From Eledone cirrhosa (Eukaryota), in assembly GCA_964016885.1 (NCBI GenBank), contig OZ024740.1:236344001-236408000 (forward strand): a stretch of 64,000 bases of DNA, written 5' to 3'. The translations under genes were made by a program, and so were the position numbers. Below the pieces are notes generated by a model. That model had not been told where the DNA came from, ran no database searches, and was given only the letters and a program-made list of their open reading frames with translations. Shown piece after piece: positions 13,720 to 27,302 of the stretch. How positions within the stretch are numbered: position 1 is the stretch's first letter; each line of letters starts with the position of its first letter.

Positions 13720-14175
13720 TAGAATTTGAACAGAAAAAAAAACAGAAAAACATAAGGATGAAATAAGGCTTACTTCTGTTGTTTCGATTCATCGATATGC
13801 TCCGGGCTAAATATTGGTGTTGCTTTCTCCAAACTCTGGTAGCATATGATTTAGAATGAACAAAATTATAAATACATCAAATAAAAGTAGTTTTAAAAAT
13901 ATAACCATGAATGATCACGCACAAATAAGCAGATGTTCAAAAAGTTATCTGGGAAACTTTCAATAAAAATGCATTGACTGTCTTATTACTTATAACTTAC
14001 TTTGTATGTATATATATATATATATATCTCTAAATAAATTTTGTTTTTTCTAAGAATCCCCATCCTTTAATCCCACCATGACCTCTACCCCCCCGCCCCC
14101 CCCCCACCACCACCACCACTACCGTTCCCTTACCATGACAAAATGTCTAAATACCAGAAATTTACATTGACAGTC

Positions 14176-14226
14176 GGCTTTCTGATGATTTCCTCCGAAT
14201 GAAACAGTTCTAGTCCTGTAGAAGCC
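14176..14226 (+). ncRNA. Type-I hammerhead ribozyme
   Basis: GGCTTT-CTGATGA-T-TTC-CTCC-GAA-T-GAAACAG-TTCTAGTC-CTGTA-GAAGCC. Stems I and III are fully paired. Confidence 0.75.
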
Positions 14227-14310
14227 ATTTCTATATTAAATTACTTTTACTCTGCTATGTATTGAGTACCTCACTTACTGTGGTTATCCCCGATTTAACC
14301 CAGGATCTAC

Positions 14311-14500
<190 letters not shown>

Positions 14501-14555
14501 GTATATATCTGTCCTGATATTTCGAGATAAAATATATATATATATTTATATATGC

Positions 14556-14594
<39 letters not shown>

Positions 14595-14727
14595 GTGTGT
14601 GTGTGTGTGTGTGTGCAAAGAGTAAAGAAAATAATAACACAAGGCATGATATAGATTAATGAAGATATAAGTTTAATGCTTGATATAGTAGGAGTTACAC
14701 AAACTTTATATATATATTTATAGAGAG

Positions 14728-15045
14728 AGAAAATGTAGTATGCTCAGATGCAGAAAATAACTGTAAATACATTCAATTGGTATAAATAGCTGAGCAAATT
14801 GGTCAGAGGTCCCTTAGCACAATGGCTAGAGCACTCAGCTGATATCTGAGAGATATGAGGTTCAATTACTTGTAATGGCCACTGGCAAATTTTTTCCATC
14901 TACTCTTTACTTGATTTTCTAAGCTATTTATAGCAACTGATTGTATTTACAGTTATTTTCTGCATCTAAGCATACTACATTTTCTATGAACCTCATAATC
15001 TCTCATCACTTTGAAAGTTCAAACTTTGCATACAATGTTTGTTTA
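14728..15045 (+). mobile_element. Inverted-repeat element (about 70-bp arms) enclosing a tRNA-like sequence, with one-sided tail, between TA tracts
   Basis: 14728-14800 matches the reverse complement of 14913-14985. Confidence 0.75.
14808..14881 (+). pseudogene. tRNA-like sequence, anticodon loop CT-GAT-AT
   Basis: TAGCACAATGG A-box, CTCAG/CTGAG anticodon stem, GGTTCAATT T-loop. Acceptor stem has 2 mismatches. Confidence 0.6.
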
Positions 15046-15593
15046 TATATATATAGGCATTTAACAAAGAGTGAAGAAGATAAGATGTATTTGGTGACCT
15101 AGCTTATCTTAATCAATCAAATATGCAACAGCTTACTCACAAAGCCATGACTTTCAAGAACATCAGAATTGCAACACTTAGCTTATGAGTAAAACTTTGG
15201 AAATAATTCATATAGATTGGTATAAAAGATATTGGAAATATTCTCAATTTATGACTTCCTTTTCTCATGGAATTAAGCTTTTCTGTTTTTCTGAAAGAAG
15301 TGTTGAAATAGCAAAGCACAAATTAGATGAGGTATTTTCCAAACATGCTAGTCTCTGATAATAGTGCTGCAGAAAATGTCCTTCAAACAATAAAATATTA
15401 AAATATTATCATCCTCTTCTTCTTACCCGTAACTCTAGGTGGGGTCATAGGGAACATCAGTGACATACAATGTTTCTTAGTTTCTTAAAACCTGGCAGAG
15501 TCTATCTCCTCTCCAGGTTTGAACATAGCTGATGTTTTCCAGAAAAGGTGAGCAAGTGGTAGAGGGGAAACGAGAAAGATATACATATATAAA

Positions 15594-15803
15594 TAATGAA
15601 GGAAGTGTGCTAAGGAACCAGGTGGACCATAACGCACCAGAGTACTCAATAGAGCGGGTGATAGGAAAAGAGTCAGGACCCCGACGACTGAGATCCGGCT
15701 GAGCTCCGGCTGAGCTCTGGCTGTTTCAACAGCTATCTGTGAGTTCAGAGATAGCTGTCGAAACGGCCAGAGCTCAGCCGTTGAGGTCCTGACTCTTTTC
15801 CTA
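15594..15803 (-). mobile_element. Short hairpin-plus-tail element (half-hammerhead family)
   Basis: Arms 15663 to about 15720 and 15750-15802. Tail is homologous to those at 34186, 27216 and 56664. Confidence 0.85.
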
Positions 15804-15809
15804 TATATA

Positions 15810-16541
15810 TGTAGCAAATATTCCAGTTGTAACGGATAAGTGAATAGATGAAATTGTTGGTATGATGGTTTCAATGCAAAGATACCAGGATTGTGTTGTT
15901 ACAAAGTTTATTTTATTATAACAATATTTAATTTGAATATTGAATGATAAAATTTATAACATGAAATATTCTTACAATAATTTGGTGGCTCTTCGAGCCA
16001 CGTAAATACAAGTATCACAGAATACAATTATAATATAATTTGTATTGTATCTGAAAGATACAATGTGACAGAAATGGTACGTATAAAAATGCAAACAGTG
16101 TGAACTTACTATGTGTGCGTATTAGTATACTTTCTTGTTTTAGCAGTAGTAGTAATCACTCAGCCAGGGGTGTAAGGCATGTGAGAAAATAGTAGACAGA
16201 CGTTTTTCGTGACGAGAGCATGTAAATGCGACCTGTCTTGTCTGTAGTCCCACTTTTTCTGCCGGGGCATAAACAACCCCTGTATTTATAACGGTTGAAG
16301 TTAGAAGGATAGATATATCCTCTGACCTTTGGTTAGAATCTCCCAAGGGGTTGGTCTGCCAGGCATAAACAACTTAGAAGGATGGATATATCTGACCTCT
16401 CTTTTTGCCAGGCGTAAACAACATCTGACCTGTGTTTAGCATCTCCCAAGGGGTTGGTCTGCCGGGCGTAAACAACTAACCATGGCTTGTCCCAGAGGCG
16501 GGAAAGCTCAGATTCAGTTTCGAATCTTCGCCGCCGTTATA
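15810..16541 (-). mobile_element. Gypsy 3' LTR (about 730 bp)
   Basis: Preceded on the minus strand by PPT GGAAGGGGGGTAC (16542-16554). Ends ...GCTACA. Homologous to the solo copy at 28128-28822. Confidence 0.85.
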
Positions 16542-16885
16542 GTACCCCCCTTCCAGTGAGGAAGCTAAAGATTGAACGATCTAGGTGTATGTGAAATGAA
16601 GATAGGTATGACTAGGTGTGTTGTTGAAGAAAATCAGAAAAAAAATACATTAAAGTCATTTACAAACAGGCGAAATGAAAGAAAACATGCAAAGCAAAAC
16701 AAATTTACATGCAGGAAAATGTACTGTGATGTTACATAATATTGAACATGTTCATTCATTTCCTAGAAATGGAAAAATGTTCTTTTGTCTGTTCTTTTTA
16801 TGTGTATGATGCACAGAGTCAATTGATTTGTGTGTAGCAATAGTTCATGACCACAGAAATTGGCCGATTAGTTGAAATGTACAAA

Positions 16886-17360
16886 TTAGTCGAAATGTCG
16901 ACCAGGTGCATAATTTGTACTTACCCGATAAACTTGTACGTATTGCGTGGGCCATCGAACTGTTCTTCCAGATTTGGTGTGTCGGGGTTGTGCAGAATTT
17001 GTCGTGTTTGTGTCGGGCAAAGTTGTTGGTGAGTCTGCTGGAGAAACGGTGGGTACTGGTGGCAAATCCTGTTCTATGAATGCTTTTTTTAAACGGTCAA
17101 TGGAGACGATATTTCGTCTCCCGTTCAAGTCGAGGACGAAATACTTAGGGCGTTTCTGTATCACCTCATAGGGCCCGGAATACGGTGGACGAAGTTGCGA
17201 TGGAATACTGTCATTTCTAACGAAAACATGTGTCCATGTATCGATGTCTTTTGGTATGGTGGAGGTACCAAAACATGCTGTCGACACTTGCAGCTTAATT
17301 CACCTGCACCGCAACACGAGAATGCTAATTGAGCTGGATTCAAACAGTTTCGCATCTCGT
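16886..17360 (-). pseudogene. Gypsy integrase C-terminal (GPY/F) fragment
   Basis: HVFVRND...LRPPYSGPYEVIQKRPKYFVLDLNGRRNIVSIDRLKKAF. Confidence 0.88.
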
Positions 17361-18060
17361 TGCACACTCATCGTCCTATAGCATAACAACCTCCATCTTG
17401 TTACTTTACCCAACTCACTGGGAAACAACAAATGGAACTAGACCTGTCAGCATTTCCACCATTTCTCCTATGGAATTACCACTTCAACTACTACCCACCT
17501 ACAGATTCCACTTGCTTTTTTCTTTTCAAAGCAACTAGCCATATATTTTCCTGGCTGCCTAGCACTTCCAGCAATTCATCTGGGAGGCCCACAATTTCTT
17601 GCCTTCCCATCATCTTCTTGCCAGCTCTGCTACAACATTTACCATAACAGCTCTAGCTATACAACTCTGGTATAACATTTACCATAACAGCTCTGGTATA
17701 ACACTTACCATAACCGCTATACAACACTGATAAAGCATGAACAGCACCATCATTGTCAACAGCTACTGGTAAACTACCATTACAGCTTCATCCACAGCTC
17801 TGGTACAACACTTACCATTAACATTTAATGCAAGAACCTTGTCATGTCAGACTTTATCTGTTTTCTGTTAGACCCCGGGTGGTCACGTATAAATAGCAAA
17901 ACAGCTAGTCATTTGACACAGCGGCTCAATACGGCCATTAGCGCCTCATTTTTCTTCTTGCATGCATTCTTTTGTTCAATTTTTTTCATTGATGTGGTCT
18001 TTCAACATTTTTCCTGCTGATTCAATTTTATATATCGTCTTGCGACTAGGAAGGGGGTAT

Positions 18061-18463
18061 TGTAGTGATCTACGTTCCTTGGGATCATAGATACATTCTC
18101 CGTGCGTTATTTGGCTCAGCTCAGCCAATCGCCGCCAGCGGAGGAGAATGTATCTCTACACGCCCTGAGGGAAAAATTCACGCGTCAGCTCAGAAATCTC
18201 GCTCTCTTGCAGCTTGACCATGCTAAGGTAGAGACCACTTATTCTTTTGTTCCGTAAGCACAAACAACATGTAATGGTGAGATTTGAACTTTGGTCTGTC
18301 GGCCATCCTTGGGCCTGGCACCATGCCACTTTAACCTTTTATGTTTAACTTTGACTGTCCAATTAAACAAACATTACTTTGTGCTTCAACAAATAAACAT
18401 ACATTTCATCTGTTATTTCTGCTGTTGACATCATTATTATGTTACTCGTCGATATTACTATCA
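18061..18463 (+). mobile_element. Probable LTR of a second retrotransposon
   Basis: PPT-like AGGAAGGGGG at 18048 directly before TGTAGTGAT. AATAAA at 18391. Degenerate ATTACTA-TCA end. Confidence 0.5.
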
Positions 18464-18525
18464 TATCTTTCTGCTAAAGTGGTTACTCATGGCGCTATAT
18501 ATATAATATACCATCCTGCTAAATA

Positions 18526-18559
<34 letters not shown>

Positions 18560-18646
18560 AAGATTCAGGACCTTGACGGCTGAGCTCCAGCCATTTCGAC
18601 AGCTAAATCTCTGTGGGTAATGGTCTACCTGTTTTTTTACCACACC

Positions 18647-18650
<4 letters not shown>
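18560..18650 (+). mobile_element. Internally deleted half-hammerhead family element
   Basis: First arm CAGGACCTTGACGGCTGAGCTC...TTTCGACAGCTA joined to the tail end ATGGTCTACCTG. Confidence 0.7.
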
Positions 18651-18715
<65 letters not shown>

Positions 18716-18723
<8 letters not shown>

Positions 18724-19024
18724 ATAAATGGAAACTATATTTATAAAACCATATTTATTTCATTATATATATTTCGGGGATATCATATTAACAATATGCT
18801 ATGCCTTCCTCAGACAAAATACATTTTGTATTTTGTCTGAGGAAGGCATAGCATATTGTTAATATGATATCCCCGAAATATATATAATGAAATAAATATG
18901 GTTTTATAAATATAGTTTCCATTTATTTAATATTGTAAATATACTCCAAATATTTGTCGAGTGCTTTTATATCAGTTATAAATATTTACTAGTTGTAACC
19001 CAACAATTTTAAATATAACTTTCC

Positions 19025-19028
<4 letters not shown>
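18716..19028 (+). mobile_element. Fold-back hammerhead element: 108-bp perfect arms, 3-nt loop, about 94-bp tail
   Basis: 18716-18823 is the reverse complement of 18827-18934. (TA)n flanks. Confidence 0.9.
18831..18892 (+). ncRNA. Minimal type-I hammerhead ribozyme (mirrored on - at about 18758-18819)
   Basis: TTTTGT-CTGAGGA-AGGCATAGCATATT-GTT-AATATGATATCCCC-GAAAT-ATAT-ATA-ATGAAA. Confidence 0.7.
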
Positions 19029-19061
<33 letters not shown>

Positions 19062-19448
19062 CTGATAATTTTCAAAAAGACGGTACAACATGGTAGAAAA
19101 ATACAAAGGGCAAATAAATGATGACAAATGAATCAGAACAAAGTAATGTTTTACCCAGTATGTTTCAAAATAAAATTTCAGGGTTATCTATTACCCGCTT
19201 TTCAAATGTGGGGGTGAAATAGTTCAAAACAAGATGAACAATTGATATATATATATAGAAGGAGCTTTCTTCTGGCTTCAACCAGAATAGTGGTGCAGGA
19301 CAGACAACCTAGTTGCTACATGTTTTATAGTAAAAGCCATCTTACCACAAAAAGAGGAAAAGCAGGAGAGGAATGTTTTGTAACCTTTTTTGTATAACAT
19401 GCTTCGTATTGTATATATGGGTCCTTGTGGTCAATAAAGGAATGACTA

Positions 19449-19571
19449 TTGCTGCTGCTGCTACTACTACTGCTGCTGCTGCTGCTGCTGGTACTTCTTC
19501 TACTACTACTACTACTACTAACACCACCACCACCACCACCACTACTATTACTGCCACCGCTGCTTCTGTTG

Positions 19572-19609
<38 letters not shown>

Positions 19610-19628
19610 GCCATCACTACTACTACTG
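19449..19628. repeat. Compound trinucleotide repeat (GCT/ACT/ACC)n
   Basis: Direct runs. Confidence 0.95.
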
Positions 19629-22600
19629 TAAATCCATAAAGAAAAAACAAGGATAAAATTCTATTGTGTCTATTTGTATTTTTAATATAAGGATGACAAG
19701 TTTTCTAATGGAGAGCAATCGACCTGTGATTGGATGGAAATGACTAGAAACAGTTTTATATTTTTTCTGTTTATTGTTAGATTAGCTTTCAGTCTAAAAT
19801 ACAGTTAAAATGGACAAAAAAACAACAACAAAAAAACAAATAATAAAAATACAAAACAAATAATGTCAATTCGGTAACTGATTAGAAGTAAGAAGACTGA
19901 GAAAAATATTTCTAGTCACGATTAGTTTTGTTGATGTCATTAGCATGATATAGATGGTGGACCAATATAATCATTGGAGTAGACAAAATGTAGATTACAC
20001 ATACACACACATGCCAGAAGTAGTATTTTGACAGATCAACCCACTAAACAGACTATCAACTGTCACTGTCATTGATGGTTGCTACACTGATCTTCTCACA
20101 TTCCACAAACAACCATGGATATCAGCACCTACAGTTCTCAAGAGACGAGACATCATCATCTGTCAGATGTATCACAACATTCGTATTCCATTCTTGCTGA
20201 ACTCTACAAACAAGGAGGAATATCATTGAAAGCTCATCTCCTTGAAAGCTGATTCTACTAATATGCAGAGACGTAACTAGAGTATGGTAAGCATGGCACG
20301 TGCCATGAGCACCACAGAAAGGGGGCACCACTTGGACTAGGGACATGTTCTATTAACGTCAAATAAACCTCGTCAGAGAGTGAGAAAAGAAACTTCTTCA
20401 GATGTATGATCTGTCTGATTATCATGGGTGAGAACACTATGGTGGCTGGGTTATTAAGCCATTTATATAAATTATTAGGCCCATAGGTAAAAATACAGTG
20501 CTGGGTAGGGTCACAATTTCACTGCTTGCCATAGGCACTATTTTCCCTAGTTATGCCTCTACTAATATGGGAACTAAAAGTGATTAGAAAGTAAGACAAA
20601 ATGTTTTGTGGCATTTGTTCTGACTCTCTGCACTCTAAGTTCAAATCCTGCTGAAGTCAACACTGCTTTTTCATCCTTCTGGGTTTGGTAATATAAAGTA
20701 CCATTGTTGGGGTTGGTAATATAAAGTACCATTAACACAATTGTTAGAGTGTTGGATGTGACAACCTTGCAGTATTTGTTCCAGCTCTTGTGTTCTGAGT
20801 TCCGATCCCATTGTGGTCTACATGGGTGACAGACTTAATCTATCAATCACTTTAACACTACTACCTGGCCCTTGGATGCCTTTAGTGAAGTCCACTCTGT
20901 TGTAAACATTCAAGCAATATCTCTGATTTGAAGATATATACTTCATTCTCTCCCAACAATCTTGGAAATCATGGAAAAGAACATGGGCACTGCCTTTCCT
21001 TCCCTGGTTAAACAGGAAAAAAATAAAAAAAGATCTGTCCCTAGCAACTTTAAAGGCATCAATATTATGATTATCTTCAAAAAAGTCTTCAAAGTCAACT
21101 TGGTAAATATTAAAGTTCTTGTAAGCAGAAAAGAAAACAGGACCCAGATTCAAATATGCTGGAAAGTAGTAGGTAGAATTCCAGTCTATGTACAAAATAC
21201 AAGCTATAGGTAAAAAGAAATATAGTAGCATCTCTATATTGGTTTAGTCTGGAAGATGGGACTGTGTCTATGGTTTTTTGCAGGCTCACCATCACCGGTG
21301 AGATCCACACAGTTAATGTTTTACTTGAATAGTTACAAGTTACCAATTGTAGGACAAAAAATTGAAGAGAGGTAGTGGGGATGAATTCCAAAAAGCTAGT
21401 ATTCTAGGGAGGAAGAACTAAACATATTGGTTGCTGTAGGGTCAAGGAGGTATTGGTTATATTCAAGTGATGTGATGTATAGAGAGAAGCTAGTAAGGAA
21501 CATTTGATGGGGGTGGCATGAGACCAAGCGGCTCCAAGGAGCAGATGTTACTGTAATATTAGTAGAGAAGGTAGAAAGGGGATACAGCATATCTGTAGGC
21601 TAGAGGTTGCTGTGTATTGATGCCCAGTTTCATGTCAATCAGTTGAGAGACTTTTCTTTTTTTCTTGTCTCTAGGTCATAGAACACCTGTGCAGATTTGC
21701 TACTCTATTAGTAGTTTCAGTCATTAGATTTTAGCCATGCTGGTATTCTGCTACAGTGTTAGAAGTCATAATGTCTGTTTGATATGCAATGGTATTTGAG
21801 TCAGTAACTTTTCACAGGCTTATTGACTACTGAATCCATGGTGTTATTGTCAGCTCTGAAGTCCAGCTTGCTATTTTTATTATATAAGCAGACATCATCT
21901 GCACTAAGTATAGAGTTAATGTTTTTTGTTTTGTGGAGTTATAGAACATGTAGGTGGTTACTATAGAATGTTCATTCTGTTATTGTTTGAAGGTGATAGT
22001 TAATTGAACATAGAATCTGAATGCTTAGACCTGCCTTCATGTTTCTGCAGCGCATCAATAAAAAATCAATACTATTTTCTATATGGCTATGCTGATTTTT
22101 ATTTTTCAGAGAATTTTTAACAAATTTTTGCAGTAAAAATGAAAATAATATTAGCCACTGATTAATTTTTTTTTTTTTTCATTGCATAATTATTTCTAGT
22201 TAGTCTTTTACTGCTCCTTGCATTAATTATGTCAATACTAATTTAACTATTATATTTCATGTTGATGGCATTTTTTAATTATATATTCTTTAAGCAACTC
22301 CACTTTCCTTCACCAAACAATGTACAATCTTGAATATTTACTTAGTGATTTTTTTCATTAGTACTTTCGCATGTACAATGAAAAGAGTAGTTTACTGATG
22401 AGGTCAGAATAAAACAAAAACTTGCCCAGAGTTGTCTCGTGTATTTGCACCCCCCAAAATTATTAATATTATATTTTTTTCACTGAATAATTATTTCCAT
22501 GCTCCTTGCATTGCTAGATCAATGAGCCTTTAGTAGTTCAATCAACTGAAAATCCTACTTTTTAATTTAACATGTTAGTAACTGAGTATTCTTGTGGCAC

Positions 22601-23734
22601 ATGATTCTCAGGCAAAATCAATTATTGGAATATTACTTAACAAAAACTTCTGACATATAATTATGATGGAAGGTTTTAATGTAAGTAGGAACACTTTAAA
22701 AGAAGTAGTTTTGTATAACAGAATCAAGGTCTGTTTTAGGCAGGTTGGTATCAAAAGGGTTAATGGTTAAAATGATGGTGGAACCAATCATATTCTTGAG
22801 TTAACTTAAATTTTAGGCAGTGATGGCTACATTTCTGGTTCAGAGACATTTTCAGTGAGACTGAGATATCACATATTTCAGGTGTAGGAGGTGTCACATG
22901 TTGCCATTGATATATTTTTCTTTATTTACAAATGGAATCCATGCTCTCTATATTCAGGGATGCCCCTTCCTCGCTCCCTCAATTGCTCCCTGTATTCAAT
23001 ATTTACCTTTATTTTTTTGGAATTATTATACATTGTGTATGTGTATGTGCATGAGTAAAATAGGGATCTTATATCACATGATCGTAATCCATGACAACTG
23101 TTGACAAATTTCTTCTCGCTATTTGATTGTACTGGAAGAATTGGAAGAATTTCATCTTTAACAAGGTTAGTTCCATTGATAATTTATGAAAGACCAGACA
23201 TTGCCAGAAGCATCCTAGAGATGAGAAAGATAAGAACAGTTATAATGTTATCTATTAAGCTAAAGAGAAACAATAGCTATTGCAGAAATTCTAAGATTTC
23301 TCAGATTTCACTCTACTCACAAAGCTTCCAGGATTTCACATGCTTTTATGTTAGCAGCTTTATAAAAGTGAAATAGCTATTCTATTAGTAATTTTGGCAT
23401 TGTATTATTTCTGTGAATGGTGGGAGACAAAATTGACGGGGGAAAAGGGTATAAAATCTGTCTACATCATCATCACCAATTAACACCTATTTTTCCACAT
23501 TAGCATAGGTTAGAAGTGAAGGTGTGTGGCCTAGTGGTAAGGGTGTTGCACTTACGACGATGATGTTGTGGGTTCAATTCTGGACTGGGTTGTGTGTTGT
23601 GTTCTTGAGCAAAACACTTCATTTCCCATTGCTCCAGTATACTCAGCTGAAAAGGAGTGCCAGCAATAGCTGGGGGTCTAACCCTGCAATGGACTGGGAT
23701 AAGTACTGGGATAAGCCTTCTGGCTTAAGACAGA

Positions 23735-25270
23735 CTTTAGCATAGGTTAGACAAGTTGTTCCGTTGTGAGACAAGCCAGATCATATGACCATGTCTTGGT
23801 CATACTGAACTGATTTTAGCTGGGTTCTATCGCTGGATGCACTTCCTAATGCCAACCACATTTACAGAGTGAACTGGGTGCTTTTTATCATGAGACTTAC
23901 TCAACCTCTTTACAGTATAGACAGGGGCTGGGATGGAGGAGGTGAATGAGGATTGGAGAGGTAGACCTAGAGTGGGGCAATTATCTGGTGAGGGGTGAGG
24001 GTGTGGATGAAGGGTGAGGTGTTAGGATGTTGGAGATGTATGGAAGAGGGAAGGGGAGGTAAGGGAGAATAATATGCAATAGATGTATGCTTCAGTCTGT
24101 GCACATAAGAAGGCAGGTCTTCTGTATTACTGCATAACACAAGAGATCTGTCCTGTGTCATTGCTTTTGAGAGGTGCAATTGTGCAAGTCAGCTTTTATC
24201 ACCTCGTCCCAGGACTTCCTGGGTCTTCCTACTCCATAGCTTCAATCAACTTAGAGTGCACTGCACCTTTTTATATAGCTGTCATCCATCATGTCCATAT
24301 CAGCGCAATCTCCTCTCCTGCATGTTGCACCATCATCATCACCGTTTTACGTCCGTTCTTCCACGCTAGCATGGGTTAGACGGGTTGTCCTGTTGTGGGC
24401 AGTGTCTGGTCGGCTGACCATGCCTTGCTCATACGGGAACTGATTTGGCTTGATTTCTACAGCTGGATGCCCTTCCTAACACCAACCTCATTTACAGTGA
24501 GTGCTGGGTGCTTTTTCCGTGGCGCCTACACGTCCACTTTACAGTGAGTACTGGGTGCTTTTTCCGTGGCGCCTACACGTCCACTTTACAGTGTCGGCTG
24601 GGTGCTTTTTCGTGGCGCCTACACGTCCACTTTACAGTGTCGGCTGGGTGCTTTTTTGCCAGTTTCTCTCTCAGTTCATTTATGCTTTGCCATTCGTGTA
24701 TATAACTACTACACATCCATTGCAGGTTCTCTGCCCTTCATTTTGAAGGAAAACCTTTTATAGCTTGCAGCAATAGTAGCTCCCTGAACTTTTTCCATTC
24801 ATTTCTATCTCTGGCAACTGCATTTTGATATGCCCACCTCAACTTCTAATTTGGTTACCCAGGTAACAGAAGCTGTCAACTGTTTCTATGGAACCTTCCA
24901 AGAATTTGATAGCACTTGTTTCCTGTGAGTATTTGTTACTTACTTCTCCTGCACAATGGCCACAAGTACATTCTTAGCTAATCAACCTAAGATCCCACTA
25001 CATCTCTTGTGTACCCATAGCTTGCATTTGGGAGAGAGAATCGAATTTCCCCTTTCCTACACACTAAGCAAGGCCATTTCCCAGAAGGGATCAGGGTCTT
25101 GTTTTTCTTACAATTTACTAGAACTTTGGTCTTTACCAAGTTGATTTTAAGACTTTTTGATTCCATGTTATGTTTCCAGGTCAGGATGTTTTTCTCTAGT
25201 TCTATCATAGATCCAGCATACAGGAGTTCCCATAGGCATCCTATTTTAAACTTTTTTGTTATAGCCTGGG
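23735..25270 (-). mobile_element. Decayed RTE family B fragment with a younger 3'UTR copy nested at 24329-24660
   Basis: GCLWELLYA...GKWPCLVCRKG. A (CAT)n-headed insert interrupts it. Confidence 0.8.
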
Positions 25271-26504
25271 GATGATAATAAACTTGAATCATTCTTTTAT
25301 ATTTTAACTCTTTCATTGATTCTAATCAAATATCCAAGGCCATGCTGGAGCATGGAAATGGATGAGATGAAATTATGAAATATTTCCTTATAAAACTATT
25401 TTCATTCATTTGTCAAGAATATTCCTACGATTTTTAATGAATTTTTAATGAAATTTGCATGAATTTAAAAGGAAAACATTTAGCTGGATATTGAGTATTT
25501 GAAACTCATAGTGGGCAGAGTTTATGCCATAATGAGCTGCTCACAGAAAAGTGTGCAATTCATGTGTTATCATTAACCCTATTATCTATCTATGGCTAGG
25601 ATGCATAACACTAATATTAAATGTAGAGGAGGAGCAGAAGTTATTACATTTGAACTGAGTTCACCTTGCCTGCTCTCACTGTCTACAAGCAAAGTGATGC
25701 TAAATGTAAATATGGTGAGAAATCAGAGACTGCAGGAAGTTGAGTGCTCTTCTTTTAGCTTGCAGAGGTTGGGAATGGCTGATCAACTGAGTCACCCGAA
25801 GGTACAGAAGACACTACAAGGACCTGACAACCACTTTATTGCTGGTGCTGCAATAAAATACATCTACTACACTCTGTGAAATGGTAATGCTGGTGCTATG
25901 ATAAAATGTGCTCAGTACATTTTGTAAAAGGGTAGTGCTGATGCCCCAATAAAATACACCACAGTACACATTGTAAATTTGTTGGCATTAAGAAGGGCAT
26001 TTAGTTGTAGAAATCATGCCAAAAAAGGAAAGATGGAAAGGATTTAAATTTGTATTGTCCTTGCTGCCTATGATTGCATGAATGATCCATGTTTTATAAC
26101 ATGAGCATTGATAATACTGATAATGCTGGGGATCTCTTGAAGATGAGGAAGATGTTTACATAATAGTAAATTAGTTTGTTACTAATCATACACTCATGAA
26201 CTCCAGATGTCATACAGATCCATTGTTAAGGTAAGCCACAATTACTGTTAGAATGAAATCTGAGGTTGAACCACATTGATCTAGTAAATATTCCTAACTG
26301 CTGTGTGAACTGATTGGTAGCCTGTGGTATGAAGTTAAACTGCTAATTATTCTCAATAACTAGATAAACTGATTGGTGGACATTAGCTTGAGACTAAACC
26401 CTATTGATTTGGTATCTATTCTTGGTAGCTAGATAGACTATGCTCTAGGTTTGAATCATATTCATCTGGTACTTAATTCTGAGATCCAGGCCAAATATTG
26501 GCCA

Positions 26505-26725
26505 AGTATTGGCTGCTCTCTGATAGTTTGTGGTTGAACCTATAACAGTGGAGACTTCTGGTATTCTTGGCCCCTGGACCACATCCCTGCTCATTGCTAT
26601 CGGAGCAGAGTTGGTTCTCTGCAGGTGTGGACCCCACAAGGTGGTGCGGCTGTCCCAATGCATCTCCCTTGCCATCCTCCAGGACAATGTCTTCTCCATC
26701 CTGTTGGCCGGGACCAAGAGACAGA
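26505..26725 (+). mobile_element. CRE-like non-LTR retrotransposon 3' fragment (restriction-like endonuclease tail)
   Basis: VEPITVETSGILGP...LSQCISLAILQDNVFSIL resembles the P-x-A-x-E-T-x-G...QRxSxAxQRGNA motif. Homologous to 44652-44870. Confidence 0.65.
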
Positions 26726-26856
26726 TAGCTTATTAGGGCAGGAGTAGGATGGAAGTCTGATGGATTATATTAGTAATTGAAAGGCCCACTCTAAGAACAT
26801 AATGTGTGACACTGATTCAGTTAGAGAATTATGTTAAGTGTACAAGTGAATTCACA

Positions 26857-26905
<49 letters not shown>

Positions 26906-27112
26906 ATCATCATCATCATCATCATCATCATCACTGTTTAATGTCCATTTTTCCATGCTTGCGTAGGTCAGACAGGTCATCCATGTCGAGAGACAAGTCT
27001 GGCCAGGATTAGCCACACTGAACCTTGCTCTGATGGAACTGTAGATTTGGCCAGGGTTTTTACAGCTGGATGCCCTTCCTAACACCAACCACACACACAC
27101 ACACACAGATAT

Positions 27113-27290
27113 ATATGAAAAGAGTCAGGACCCCGACGGCTAAGCTCCGGCCATTTCGATAGCTAGATCCGAAATGGCCGGAGCTCAGCCGACGGGGTCC
27201 TGACTCTTTTCATATTACCCACTCTACTACCCTAAGTATTGAGTACTCTGGTGCGTTATGGTTCACCTGGTATCTTACCACACCCTCCTT
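27113..27290 (+). mobile_element. Short hairpin-plus-tail element (half-hammerhead family)
   Basis: Arms 27113-27158 and 27170-27215. Tail TACCCACTCTACTACCCTAAGTATTGAGTACT. Confidence 0.85.
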
Positions 27291-27302
27291 ATATATATAT
27301 AT

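Noticed and set aside
19342-19650. Poly-Thr, poly-Val and poly-Leu ORFs
   Set aside because: Trinucleotide repeat open in several frames, with no splice or homology support.
20036-20345. Possible exon after TTTTGACAG
   Set aside because: Contains IDGCYTDLL, resembling a LINE C-terminal motif, and has stops. More likely an old LINE relic.
22395-22440. CTGATGAGGTC...AAAAAC...GTTGTC possible hammerhead
   Set aside because: GAAA and the stem II 3' strand are absent. At best a heavily decayed relic.
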